Positions 49,770 through 58,918 of a DNA stretch of 64,000 nt are shown one piece after another. Positions within the stretch are counted from its first letter, which is position 1. The number at the start of each line of letters is the position of its first letter. The notes under the pieces were generated by a model. It was not told the origin of the DNA and did not search any database. It saw only the letters and a program-made list of their open reading frames with translations. The translations under genes and the position numbers were made by a program. Source of the stretch: Abditibacterium sp. (lineage in GTDB: Bacteria > Armatimonadota > Abditibacteriia > Abditibacteriales > Abditibacteriaceae); NCBI GenBank assembly GCA_965246885.1, contig OZ251992.1, forward strand, positions 3,040,001 through 3,104,000. The letters are read 5' to 3'.

Positions 49770-50336
49770 ATGCAACCACAACTCGACGCGCCGCCGGACG
49801 TGCCACCCATTGCCTCTCCCTCTGGCTCCGCTCCGCCGGTCACCGAATCCCCGAAACACGACCCCCGATTTGTTTTGCAAGTCGTGCAACCCGGTCTACT
49901 CGGTTTGATGGACGGCTCCGTCTCAACGCTCGCTCCCATCTTCGCCACTGCTGGACTCACCCACAACCCCCACGACGCCTTTTTAGTCGGCATGGCCGGT
50001 TCCCTTGGCGCAGGACTGAGCATGGGACTTGCCGAAGCCCTCTCGGACGACGGCGAAGTTTCGGGGCGCGGCACCCCGCTCAAACGCGGAGCCATTACGG
50101 GCATCGCCACTTTCGTCGGCGGCGCGTTGCACTCATTGCCCTTCTTGATTCAGAACTTGCAAGCCGCCCTCCATCTCGCCTACGCCGTCGTCGTCGCCGA
50201 ACTGCTCACCATCGCCTTCATCCGCTACCGCTACATGAAAAGCCCGCTCGCTCAAACTGTTGGCCAAGTCATCATCGGCGGCGGCATCGTCTTCCTCATC
50301 GGCGTCTGGCTGGGCCGTTTCGGAGCGGGGGGCTAA
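49770..50336 (+). CDS. VIT1/CCC1-family (MbfA-like) iron transporter
   Basis: [38 protein letters not shown]. Confidence 0.85.
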   Translation: MQPQLDAPPDVPPIASPSGSAPPVTESPKHDPRFVLQVVQPGLLGLMDGSVSTLAPIFATAGLTHNPHDAFLVGMAGSLGAGLSMGLAEALSDDGEVSGRGTPLKRGAITGIATFVGGALHSLPFLIQNLQAALHLAYAVVVAELLTIAFIRYRYMKSPLAQTVGQVIIGGGIVFLIGVWLGRFGAGG

Positions 50337-50340
50337 ATCT

Positions 50341-51018
50341 ATGGGAATGGAACATATCGAAATCATCATGCGCGTGGAGGAGGAATTCGGCATTGAGGTC
50401 GCCGACCGCGAAGCGGAAGCCGTGCGGACGCCGCGCGACTTGTGCGCCCTGATAGAGCGCAAAGTCGCGCTTCTCGCCGCCGAGCAAAGCTCCGGTTGCC
50501 CGTCGAGTCGCGCGTTTTATCGGGTGCGGCGCGAGCTAACTGCGTTGGGCATTGAGCGGGCGGATGTCAAACCGGGCGCGACGGTCGAGGCGCTCCTGCC
50601 GCTCGCAAACCGCCGCGCGCTGTGGAAGCAGTTGGACGAGCGGCTGGAAGTCGGTCTGCGCCCGCTCCACCGTTCGCCCTTTTGGACTTACGTGGCCTTG
50701 TCGCCCCTTGCGGCGCTACCCTTCGTGTGGCATTTCGCGGGCGAAGCGCCGATGGTGGCCATGTGCTTTTGCCTGCCGCTCGTATGGTGGGTTGGATTTC
50801 GGGCGACTCAGCCGTTGGCCGTTCGTGTCCCGACGAAGCATGAGACCGTAGCCCACCTGTCGCGCCGTCTCGCGTCCACGTTGCCCGTAGTCGGAGATGA
50901 ATCTCCGACGCGCGAGCTATGGCCGCAGTTGCAAGGGATTCTCTCCGACGAACTGGGCGTCCCGCTCGAAAAGGTGACGCCCGACGCCGACTTTGTGCGC
51001 GATTTGGGCGTGGGTTAA
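50341..51018 (+). CDS. Circularly permuted ACP-like membrane protein
   Basis: N-terminus EIIMRVEEEFGIEVAD resembles the ACP C-half; C-terminus ILSDELGV..VTPDADFVRDLG resembles the ACP N-half; two TM helices between them. Confidence 0.7.
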   Translation: MGMEHIEIIMRVEEEFGIEVADREAEAVRTPRDLCALIERKVALLAAEQSSGCPSSRAFYRVRRELTALGIERADVKPGATVEALLPLANRRALWKQLDERLEVGLRPLHRSPFWTYVALSPLAALPFVWHFAGEAPMVAMCFCLPLVWWVGFRATQPLAVRVPTKHETVAHLSRRLASTLPVVGDESPTRELWPQLQGILSDELGVPLEKVTPDADFVRDLGVG

Positions 51019-51971
51019 GAGGGCAAAGCGGCGACGCGCGCTGCCACTTCCGCGTGCGAAGGTAAGGAAGGAATGGCGCCCGCTTTTTGGGTGGCGAGGG
51101 CGCCGCACACGTTGGCGAAGCGTAGGGATTGGCCCAATTCCTCCGGGTTGAGGATGGCGTCGAGCGAACCGGCGCGGGCGACCTCGGCGAGGAACCCGGC
51201 GACAAAAGCATCGCCCGCGCCGAGGGTGTCAATGGCGGCAACGGCTAAACCCGCGACCTCGCCCTGCCCGCCCGCGAAGTCGTAGGCTGCGCCGTTTTTG
51301 CCGCGCGTTTGCAAGACCAAGCGCGGGCCAGCCTCGCGGATTTTGCGTGCGCCAGAGGTGAAATCGGCGGTGCCGGTCACGAACTCCCACTCCTCGTCGG
51401 CGACTTTGACGACGTCGGATAGCTCCATCATTTGCCAAATGAGCCGGTGCGCGAGGGCGGTGTCCTCCCACAGGGACGGGCGCCAGTTGGGGTCGAACGA
51501 GACCAAGCCGCCGTGTGCGCGCACGCGATGCGCGGCCTCGAATTGGGCGGAGCGGCACGGCTCCACGCTGAGGCTCACGCTGCCGCAGTGGAAGATGGTG
51601 GCATCATGGAGATCGGGCAAGTCGCGCTTACCAAAGTCCGCGTCGGCGCCGGGGTTGCGGTAGAAGACGATGTCTTTGGAGCCGTCGGAGCGGGTCGCCA
51701 CAAACGCGATGGTGGTGCGGTTGGCGCTGAGCTTTACGCCCGACACGTCCACGCCCTCGCGCCCGACCGTCTCGCGCAAGAAGTGCCCGAACGGGTCGTC
51801 GCCGACGGCGCCGACAAAGGCCGCTTCGATGCCCAAACGGTGCACGCCCACCGCCACGTTCGCCGGAGCGCCGCCCGGCGCTTTGACGAACTGCGTCGCG
51901 CTTTCCAAGTCCGCATCGGGCGCGGGCGACACCATGTCAATGAGCAACTCCCCAAAGCAAAAAACGCGCAT
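51015..51971 (-). CDS. PfkB-family fructokinase-like sugar kinase
   Basis: GELLID, PGGAPANVA, FDPNWR, DTLGAGDAF. Confidence 0.9.
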   Translation of the reverse strand: MRVFCFGELLIDMVSPAPDADLESATQFVKAPGGAPANVAVGVHRLGIEAAFVGAVGDDPFGHFLRETVGREGVDVSGVKLSANRTTIAFVATRSDGSKDIVFYRNPGADADFGKRDLPDLHDATIFHCGSVSLSVEPCRSAQFEAAHRVRAHGGLVSFDPNWRPSLWEDTALAHRLIWQMMELSDVVKVADEEWEFVTGTADFTSGARKIREAGPRLVLQTRGKNGAAYDFAGGQGEVAGLAVAAIDTLGAGDAFVAGFLAEVARAGSLDAILNPEELGQSLRFANVCGALATQKAGAIPSLPSHAEVAARVAALPS

Positions 51972-51986
51972 AGATAGGGCGCAAGG

Positions 51987-52907
51987 TTAGCGAATTTCGG
52001 GGGCACTCGTCACCCCGGCGCCCAACACAGCCGCCGCCATTTCCGTCATCGGCGCGCGCGCGTCCAGCCACGTCGCGCTCGTTTGGCCGCGAAACCACGT
52101 GCCTTGGCGCTTGGCGTATTGGCGGGTGGCGGTTTGCCAGAGTTCGACGGCGCCCGCCAAACTCATCTCGCCGCGCAGGTAGGCAACCAACTGCTTGTAG
52201 CCGACACCCCCCAAAGCGGGCGCATTGAGGCCGTATTGCTCAAGCAGAGCGCGCGTTTCTTCGAGGGCGCCGTCATGGAGCATCGCTTCGACGCGGGCAT
52301 GGATGCGGGCGTTTAACAGTTCGCGCGGCCACGCGAGGGCGAAGATGCGGGCGGGGCGGGACGCGGCTTCGCTCTGTGCGGGCGCGGGCGCGGGCGGAGA
52401 CAGGGCGACTTCGAGGGCGCGCAAGGTGCGGTGCGTGTCGTTGGGGTGCAAGCGCGCGGCAGCTTGGGCGTCCACGCCCGCCAAGCGCGCGTGCATCGCC
52501 TCGTTGCCGACGCGCGCGAGGTCGGCTTCCAAGCGGGCGCGCAGGGCAAAATCGGGCGGCGCGGCGGCGAGCGAAGCGGGTTCGAGCAGGGCGCGCAGGT
52601 AAAATCCGGTGCCCCCGCAGATGATGGGAACCCTGCCGCGCGCTTCGATGCCTTCGATGGCGGTGCGGGCGCGTTCGGCCCACGTCGCGGCGGAGAAGGG
52701 TTCATCGGGGCGCGCGATGTCGAGGAGGTGATGAGGGACTTGGGCGCGCTCCGCAGCGGTGGCTTTGGCGGTCACGATGTCGCAGCCGGTGTAGATTTGC
52801 ATGGAGTCGCACGACACGATCTCGCCGCCAATGCGCTCGGCAATGGCGAGTGCGAGCGCGGACTTGCCGCTCGCGGTCGGGCCGACAATGCACACGAGCG
52901 GCTTCAC
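51987..52907 (-). CDS. miaA: tRNA dimethylallyltransferase
   Basis: GPTASGKS, DSMQIY, TAK, GGTGFY, TRQYAKRQ; GTG start overlapping the upstream stop. Confidence 0.95.
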   Translation of the reverse strand: MKPLVCIVGPTASGKSALALAIAERIGGEIVSCDSMQIYTGCDIVTAKATAAERAQVPHHLLDIARPDEPFSAATWAERARTAIEGIEARGRVPIICGGTGFYLRALLEPASLAAAPPDFALRARLEADLARVGNEAMHARLAGVDAQAAARLHPNDTHRTLRALEVALSPPAPAPAQSEAASRPARIFALAWPRELLNARIHARVEAMLHDGALEETRALLEQYGLNAPALGGVGYKQLVAYLRGEMSLAGAVELWQTATRQYAKRQGTWFRGQTSATWLDARAPMTEMAAAVLGAGVTSAPEIR

Positions 52908-54745
52908 GTCGCAAAGCGCGCTTCCCACCGCGTTTGAAAGCGCCCCTTGGCATCGTACAGCAAGGCCGACAGCGTGTGCTGGCCTGCGGGCAACGCGCGC
53001 GGATCGAGCGGAAGATACGTCGCTCCGCCCGACTTGGCGCGCGTCCAAAAGCGCCCATCTATCGCCAAGAACACCGTCCCCTCCCCGCCGAAACTCTTCG
53101 CCCACACGCCCACTTGCGTCGGTGCGTGCAGCGTTTGACCCGCGAGCGGCACGAAGATGGGCGGGATGGCGTCGCCCAAGTCCAGCCACTGCCCCAAGAA
53201 ATGCGGTGGCGCCGTCGCTTCCCTCCACGCCGCCAAGACTTGCGCGTTGTCCGTAAGCAGGTAGTCGCAGGGCGTCTTGCCTGCCGTCGGGTGGCGGAGC
53301 GTGTCGGCGTTGAACCAGTCCACCAACTTCACGCGCGGATACAGCAACGGGAGCGCGCCGTAAACCAAGCGCAGTTTGGCGGCGGCGAAAGCGGCACATG
53401 GGCGCGGGTCAACATGAGCTTGGTGGGACGCGGCAAACTCGCAGATGGCGATGGGCTTGCGCGCCGCGAACCGCTTGTAGATGGGGTCAAGCAGGGCAAG
53501 CGGGTTCTCGTCGAAGGCGGGCTTGTTCAGCTTGTCCTCGTGGTAGGGCACAGCGTAGAAGTTGACGCCAACCCAATCGCAGCCGTCGTCGCCGGGATAA
53601 TAGTCCATCGCGTTGCCCAACGGCGGGTTGTTGACGCACCAGATGGTCGCGGCGCGCGGCGCCGTCTCGTGGAGGACGCGGTTGACAAGCCGGAACTTGG
53701 CGCGGTAAAGCGCGGCGTCGCCGTTCCAACCGTATTGAGCGCGCGTCCACTTCCCGTTCATCTCCGACGCAAAGCGGATGAAGACCGGAAAATCAAAGGC
53801 GCGCAGTTCGCGGGCGAACTCATGCAAATACGCATCGTCGCGCACTTCCGGCAGGGTGCGGATGTTCGCGCCATAACGCTTGGAAGCGGACGGCTCCCAC
53901 GCGATATGCGGGATGGTGCCCGCCGCTTTGAGGCGCTCCGCCCACGCGCGCGGGAACGGCTGGCCGTAGCTCAGATACGTGAAGAGGGAACCGGGATGGC
54001 GCCCCGTCGCGCTCGCCCACTGCTCCGGCGCGCGATACCACTGCGAGCGGTCGGCCTCCCAAAACGGCGCGCCCAGCGATTCGTCGCGGTCAATGAACGC
54101 GCCCAGATAGCACCCCGTCACCGGCTCATTGACGGCGCTCGTCGTCCGATTGGCCGCGCCCTGCGCGGTTGTTTGGACTTGCAAAAACACGCGCAACTGG
54201 TTCTCCATCGCCCCCGCTTCATTGTCGGCGATAATGGACGCGTCCGCCAAACCTTTGGCGCGATACAGCGCCGCTTGTTCGCGGTCGAGCCGCGCGGCTT
54301 CGTCGTATAGCCCCGCCGCTTTGTTGATGCCTACCAACTCGCGGTAAGCCGCGAAGAGGTGGTATTTGGCGATTTGCGCTTTGAGTTGCCCGACCCGCGC
54401 CCCTGCAAGCGGCGCGCGCGTCGGCGGTGACGGCAGCGCCTTCGCTAACGGGGTCGCCGCCATCGGGCGCGGCGCGGCGGGAGCCGGTGACGCGGTGGCG
54501 GACGGCGGTGGCTCCGTGATGGACGGCGGCGATGCGGCGACGGACGCCCCTAATGTGGCCACAGACGTCTGGGCCGGGCGCGAGAAGGTGGGCGGCTTGA
54601 AATTGAGCGACGGATTGACGTGAGCGGCGGGCGGCGCAGAAAGAGGGGCGTCCGTCGGCGCGGCAGCAACTTCCGGCGCGGCTTGAGGCGCCGCGCAACC
54701 GACGAGCAGGAGCGGCGGCAGGAGAAAGTAAAGGACGGGACGCAC
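52904..54745 (-). CDS. Lipoprotein with GH26-like glycoside hydrolase domain
   Basis: Lipobox LVGC, Pro/Ala linker, IAWEP, RFASEMNG, YYPGDD..DWVG, ICEFA. Confidence 0.8.
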   Translation of the reverse strand: MRPVLYFLLPPLLLVGCAAPQAAPEVAAAPTDAPLSAPPAAHVNPSLNFKPPTFSRPAQTSVATLGASVAASPPSITEPPPSATASPAPAAPRPMAATPLAKALPSPPTRAPLAGARVGQLKAQIAKYHLFAAYRELVGINKAAGLYDEAARLDREQAALYRAKGLADASIIADNEAGAMENQLRVFLQVQTTAQGAANRTTSAVNEPVTGCYLGAFIDRDESLGAPFWEADRSQWYRAPEQWASATGRHPGSLFTYLSYGQPFPRAWAERLKAAGTIPHIAWEPSASKRYGANIRTLPEVRDDAYLHEFARELRAFDFPVFIRFASEMNGKWTRAQYGWNGDAALYRAKFRLVNRVLHETAPRAATIWCVNNPPLGNAMDYYPGDDGCDWVGVNFYAVPYHEDKLNKPAFDENPLALLDPIYKRFAARKPIAICEFAASHQAHVDPRPCAAFAAAKLRLVYGALPLLYPRVKLVDWFNADTLRHPTAGKTPCDYLLTDNAQVLAAWREATAPPHFLGQWLDLGDAIPPIFVPLAGQTLHAPTQVGVWAKSFGGEGTVFLAIDGRFWTRAKSGGATYLPLDPRALPAGQHTLSALLYDAKGRFQTRWEARFAT

Positions 54746-54777
54746 CCGCTTAGTGTGCGAGAATCATGGGCGCCGCT

Positions 54778-55392
54778 TCATCCCTTGCGCGCCACCACTG
54801 CCAAGAGCGGCTCCCGCGCCCCTTTGGGGGTGCGGTCACGCTTTTCGATGCCCGTCCACCCGCCCGCTTCGGCCAGATACGACGCGACTAAGTCCAAGTG
54901 CCCCGCGTCGTCGAGCATCTGCCACGCCAGCACCGCCTTGGTCGGAAAGCAGCGATTGGAGAAGGTAATGATAAGCGGCGCTCCCACCTTCGCCACGCGC
55001 GCCGCGTCGCGCATGACTTCGACCGGGCGCGTCAGGTATTGCACCGACACGCAGCACAGCAGCGCATCGAACGAGTCGGGCTCAAACGGCAGCGTCGGGT
55101 CAGCGTTGAAGTTATGCACCACGAAATCGGACAAGCGCGGGTTAGCTTCCAACTCGCGCGCGTTCATCCCCGTCGCCGCGACGCGCCCAAATGTCATCTC
55201 TGGCGGCAGGTGCGACACCCAACTACTCATCAAATCGAGTACCGCCCCGCCCGGTGGCAGCAGTTCGCGGTAGAGCGCGGTCACGGCGGCGATGGTCGCG
55301 TCCTCGATGTGCGTTACCAAACGCGGCTGGGCGTAAAACAGCGCGTCGCTCGATTCATCGGCGCGGCGGAACAGGTGGGGCGAGAGGGGCAT
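54778..55392 (-). CDS. SAM-dependent methyltransferase (type 11)
   Basis: FYAQPRLVTHI, LDLMSSWVSHLP, SVQYLTRP, FSNRCFPTK. Confidence 0.85.
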   Translation of the reverse strand: MPLSPHLFRRADESSDALFYAQPRLVTHIEDATIAAVTALYRELLPPGGAVLDLMSSWVSHLPPEMTFGRVAATGMNARELEANPRLSDFVVHNFNADPTLPFEPDSFDALLCCVSVQYLTRPVEVMRDAARVAKVGAPLIITFSNRCFPTKAVLAWQMLDDAGHLDLVASYLAEAGGWTGIEKRDRTPKGAREPLLAVVARKG

Positions 55393-55432
55393 GGCAAGCG
55401 CGGACATGGCAAAGCAGGCGCCGGACATCCGC

Positions 55433-55720
55433 CTAAAACGTCCGAACTTCTCCCGTATCCAGCCAGAACCACGCATTGCCGCAGCGAATAATCTGTCCAT
55501 CTTCCGAAAGAAATTCGGGCGACCACTCGACGCGCCCTTCCACTTCGCGGAGCAGTCCGGCCTTCAACAACTCGAAGAAACAGCCACTTTGGGGCGCTTC
55601 GAGATACGCGAGCAAGGCTTGGCGCGTCGGTTTCTCGTCGCGGACGAAGCGCGCGAACTGCCCGCCCCGCAACTGGATGCAAGCGTGGATTCGCCCTTCG
55701 TTGGCGAGGACAGAAAACAT
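55433..55720 (-). CDS. Hypothetical protein
   Basis: 95-aa ATG ORF with protein-like composition, co-oriented with downstream genes; AGGTGG upstream. Confidence 0.5.
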   Translation of the reverse strand: MFSVLANEGRIHACIQLRGGQFARFVRDEKPTRQALLAYLEAPQSGCFFELLKAGLLREVEGRVEWSPEFLSEDGQIIRCGNAWFWLDTGEVRTF

Positions 55721-55732
55721 AGGAAGCCACCC

Positions 55733-55770
55733 TAAAAACGGACAACCGGGATGCTTTCGCATCCCGGTTG
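55733..55770 (-). terminator. GAAA-capped hairpin with U tract, just upstream of ORF 55720
   Basis: Minus strand CAACCGGGATGC-GAAA-GCATCCCGGTTG then TCCGTTTTT. Confidence 0.55.
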
Positions 55771-56016
55771 CCTCTCCCCCCTCAACAATACGTAGAATTC
55801 AGGCGAAATCTTGCGGTGGTGTCGGCCCATGAGGGGGCCGCGAAAAGACTTCTCTGGATTGTCGAGGTCGGTGCGAAGCGCATCTCTGCGGCTCGCTTGG
55901 CGCCCAGTGTAGGCGATGGGGTCGCGGGCCGCAACTTTTAAAGGGTGGCATTTTGTCCAGCCGCCCGCGATGGCGCCGAAAATGCGAAGGGAAGGCGGCT
56001 AAACTTCTTAGCCTTG

Positions 56017-56613
56017 GTGAAACGTATTTCTATCGGACTGTTGGCGTTGCAGGGCGACTTTTCCGCTCACACCGCGATTTTAGAATCGCTGGGCGCTCAC
56101 ACTCGCTTGGTGCGCGCGCCGCGCGACTTGGACGGCTTGGACGGCATCGTGTTTCCCGGTGGCGAAAGCACGGTTATGAGCCGCTTGTCGGAGCGTTACG
56201 GCCTGCTGGAACCGCTCCGCGAGCGGTTGCGCGAGGGCCTGCCCGCTCTTGGCACGTGTGCGGGCCTAATTTTCTTGGCGCGCCACATCGAAGGCGCATC
56301 CACCAACTTCGAGCAGACCACCTTGGGCGTTTTGAACTGCACCGTTCAGCGCAACGCCTACGGCGCGCAACGCGAATCGTTCCAGACTGAACTCGAAGTG
56401 CCGATTTTAGGCATTTCCATCGGGGCGACCTTCATCCGCGCGCCGCGCATCGTTTCCGTCGGCGCAGGCGTCGAAACGCTTGCGTGCTTCGGGGGCGAGG
56501 CTGTCGCGGTGCGTCAAAAGCAGATAGTGGCGTGCGCCTTCCATCCCGAAATCGCGGGCGAAGCGCGCTTGCATCGCTTGTGGCTGGACGGCATCCGAGG
56601 CTTTGTGCGATGA
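56017..56613 (+). CDS. pdxT: Pyridoxal 5'-phosphate synthase glutaminase subunit
   Basis: LALQGDF, PGGEST, GTCAG, RNAYG, FIRAP, FHPE. Confidence 0.93.
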   Translation: MKRISIGLLALQGDFSAHTAILESLGAHTRLVRAPRDLDGLDGIVFPGGESTVMSRLSERYGLLEPLRERLREGLPALGTCAGLIFLARHIEGASTNFEQTTLGVLNCTVQRNAYGAQRESFQTELEVPILGISIGATFIRAPRIVSVGAGVETLACFGGEAVAVRQKQIVACAFHPEIAGEARLHRLWLDGIRGFVR

Positions 56614-57728
56614 ACCGCTCGCCCTTTTTGACGCTCGCATTGGGCGTAGGACTGCTTTCGACGGGCTTTTTCGTGGGTTACGGCTTTCAAAGTCGCGCCG
56701 CGCAAACCGCCAAACTGCGCCCCCAAAGCCCGCCCGCCCCTCGCTCGCCGCCGCTCGTGAAGGGGCTGCACTCTTCGCCCGATGGGAGTTTGCTCGCGTG
56801 GACGGGCGTGTGGGATAAAACCTCGCGCGCGGGCGTGTGGGTCTTTGATGTCCGCTCCCACCGCGCGCGCTTGACCGCCTCGCCGCTCGGATGGCAGGAC
56901 TTCGTGTCGCAGTGGAGCACCGATGGGCGCGAGTTACTCGTGGAGCGCGAGAAAATCCCGCGCGCCGCCGCCGATGCCAAGGCCGGACTGTTCCAAATCG
57001 GCGTTGACCGCGCCAGCCTCCTGTCCACCCCGCCGCAAAGCGTCACTCCCGTCCTGCCGTCGGGCGAAAAGCTGGTGTCGGGCGCGTTCGGGCCGGACGG
57101 CTCGCTTCTTGTCAAAACGCGCCGCGAGCCGAAGAGTTTGTTCCTCGCGCGCGGCCCAAATGCGCGCCTCATTGACCGCGCGAGCGGCTCCTACGGCCAA
57201 AACCGCGCCGTCCTGCAAGGGGGCCGCACCGTCGTGTATGCCGTGCGCGACGTTGCTGGCGGTGGGGGCGCCGCCCTCTTCCGCATCAGGGACGGGCGCG
57301 CCGTCGCTCTGACCCCGCCCTTGGCTGACGTCGCGTGGAGTTATGTGTCGCCTTCCGCCAAGTATTTGGTCGTGGCACGCGATAACTCCTACGCAGGCGA
57401 CTACTTGTGGACGCTCTACGCCATCGAAGCGGGCGGCGCCCGCGAACTACGCACCCAAAGCGTGCCCGCCGACGCCATCTCCGTGTATTGGTCGCCCGAC
57501 GAGTCGCAAATCTTGGGCGCGGCGGGGCAAAAGCTGTGGAGCGTGTCGGTTCCTGCGCTCAAGGTGCGCCAGATCGGGGGCAAAGCCCATTGGGACGCGG
57601 ACGACGCGACGTGGATTGGCAACGACAACGCCGTCGCAGTCGCCGCCGATGGCGTTCTCTGGCGCGTTGACGTGGCGTCGGGAGCCGCCACAAAACTGTG
57701 GACGTTCCCCCCGCAGTTCTGGGATTAG
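56610..57728 (+). CDS. Membrane-anchored TolB/PD40-like beta-propeller protein
   Basis: N-terminal TM helix; SPDG, WSTDG, FGPDG, WSPDE repeats. Confidence 0.7.
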   Translation: MNRSPFLTLALGVGLLSTGFFVGYGFQSRAAQTAKLRPQSPPAPRSPPLVKGLHSSPDGSLLAWTGVWDKTSRAGVWVFDVRSHRARLTASPLGWQDFVSQWSTDGRELLVEREKIPRAAADAKAGLFQIGVDRASLLSTPPQSVTPVLPSGEKLVSGAFGPDGSLLVKTRREPKSLFLARGPNARLIDRASGSYGQNRAVLQGGRTVVYAVRDVAGGGGAALFRIRDGRAVALTPPLADVAWSYVSPSAKYLVVARDNSYAGDYLWTLYAIEAGGARELRTQSVPADAISVYWSPDESQILGAAGQKLWSVSVPALKVRQIGGKAHWDADDATWIGNDNAVAVAADGVLWRVDVASGAATKLWTFPPQFWD

Positions 57729-58855
57729 CTCGCGCCCGCCAGCTTCACTCCCACGCGTCGCGCCCACTCCTCGTACACGAACGGCGAGACTTCGCTCGGC
57801 TTGATTTCGCTGCGCCCGCCCCAAAAGACGTTGGTATAACCGACCGCGATGCCGCGCTCCATCAGGTGCGCGTCTATGGCGGCTTTGTGGGCGAGGACTA
57901 ACTCCTTGTCGCTCCCGTGCGCGACTCCCATGATGTTCACGTCGCCAAACTCCGGCCCGCCCTCGCGCCAGTAAGCGTGCGTCATAATGTGGAAGCGGCC
58001 CACCTCGCGCCCCGCGTCCAGTTCGCGCCCGACGGGAACGCGCCAGTGAAACAGCGCGTTGAAGCGCGTCACGCGCTCGCCGCTTTGCAGGGGTTTGGCG
58101 TGTTCGAGAAACGTTGAGAAGCGCCCGATAATCCCGCGCGCGTTGAGGTCGCGCGCAATCGAGAGAAACTCCTCTAACGGCAACCCCGCCTCCTCCGCGC
58201 GGCCTTGCCACAGGTTCGGGCGCAGTTCGTCCGGCTCAAACTCGCGCTTGAGCGCAGTCAGCGCGCGCCATTCAAGCGGAGATAGCTGCGCGACAGTCGG
58301 CTCCAACACGGCCCCCGGCTCGTCCGATTTGGCGCCCGGTTCGAGCAGTCGGCGCCGCACATGCCCGACGCCCAAGGCGAACAAACGCTTGGCGGGCATG
58401 AGCTTATACGCCGTCGCGCCCGTTTGCGCCATGAGGAACTCGCAGTGCCGCTCCATCGAGAACCCCTGCGGCACTTTGAGCGTTGTCCACAAACGGTAGC
58501 GCGCGCCGGGAATGGCCGCGTCGGTCGAGCGAATCACCACGTGGCCCGAAAAGGGGTCACGCCCGAACATCCAATCAAACGCCGCTTGCAGCTTCTCTTC
58601 GGGCACCTGCCACGCAACTAAGGCGCCGGGCGCGAGATTGGTCGCCATGAGCGTTTGACGCACGCGGCGAATCGTCCCTGCTTCGAGCAGGGCGCGGATG
58701 CGCGCCGTCACCGTCTCTTCCTCCACGCCCGCCAAGCGCGCTATCTCGCCGAGCGGGTCGGCATGAAAGCCTTGGATTTTGTCTTCGGACACGCCCAAAA
58801 TGGCGGCGTTGACGGGGTCGGTCGTCGTAACGGGGATGGTTGGCGCAGCGAGCAT
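57725..58855 (-). CDS. Fused siroheme decarboxylase (AhbA/B or NirDL-like, Lrp/AsnC fold)
   Basis: Two Lrp-like halves; GALVAW, SGHVVIR, MTHAYWR. Confidence 0.75.
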   Translation of the reverse strand: MLAAPTIPVTTTDPVNAAILGVSEDKIQGFHADPLGEIARLAGVEEETVTARIRALLEAGTIRRVRQTLMATNLAPGALVAWQVPEEKLQAAFDWMFGRDPFSGHVVIRSTDAAIPGARYRLWTTLKVPQGFSMERHCEFLMAQTGATAYKLMPAKRLFALGVGHVRRRLLEPGAKSDEPGAVLEPTVAQLSPLEWRALTALKREFEPDELRPNLWQGRAEEAGLPLEEFLSIARDLNARGIIGRFSTFLEHAKPLQSGERVTRFNALFHWRVPVGRELDAGREVGRFHIMTHAYWREGGPEFGDVNIMGVAHGSDKELVLAHKAAIDAHLMERGIAVGYTNVFWGGRSEIKPSEVSPFVYEEWARRVGVKLAGAS

Positions 58856-58918
58856 AAAGAATAGAAGTTTGGCGCGGATGGGATTAGCACCTTTGCCCGC
58901 AACAGAACGTGAAGTTCC

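Noticed and set aside
50341..51018. Permuted ACP as the carrier for the bioU-linked ketosynthase
   Set aside because: It is in a different transcription unit ~4 kb away and lacks the attachment serine.
51987..53399. 470-aa extended MiaA
   Set aside because: The extension overlaps the GH26 gene in another frame; MiaA motifs begin at GTG 52907.
20427..54310. Long antisense or alternative-frame ORFs (e.g. 20427-21581, 25294-26670, 34334-35896, 52850-54310)
   Set aside because: They overlap well-supported genes, have Arg/Ala/Gly-biased shadow composition and lack motifs; expected in GC-rich DNA.
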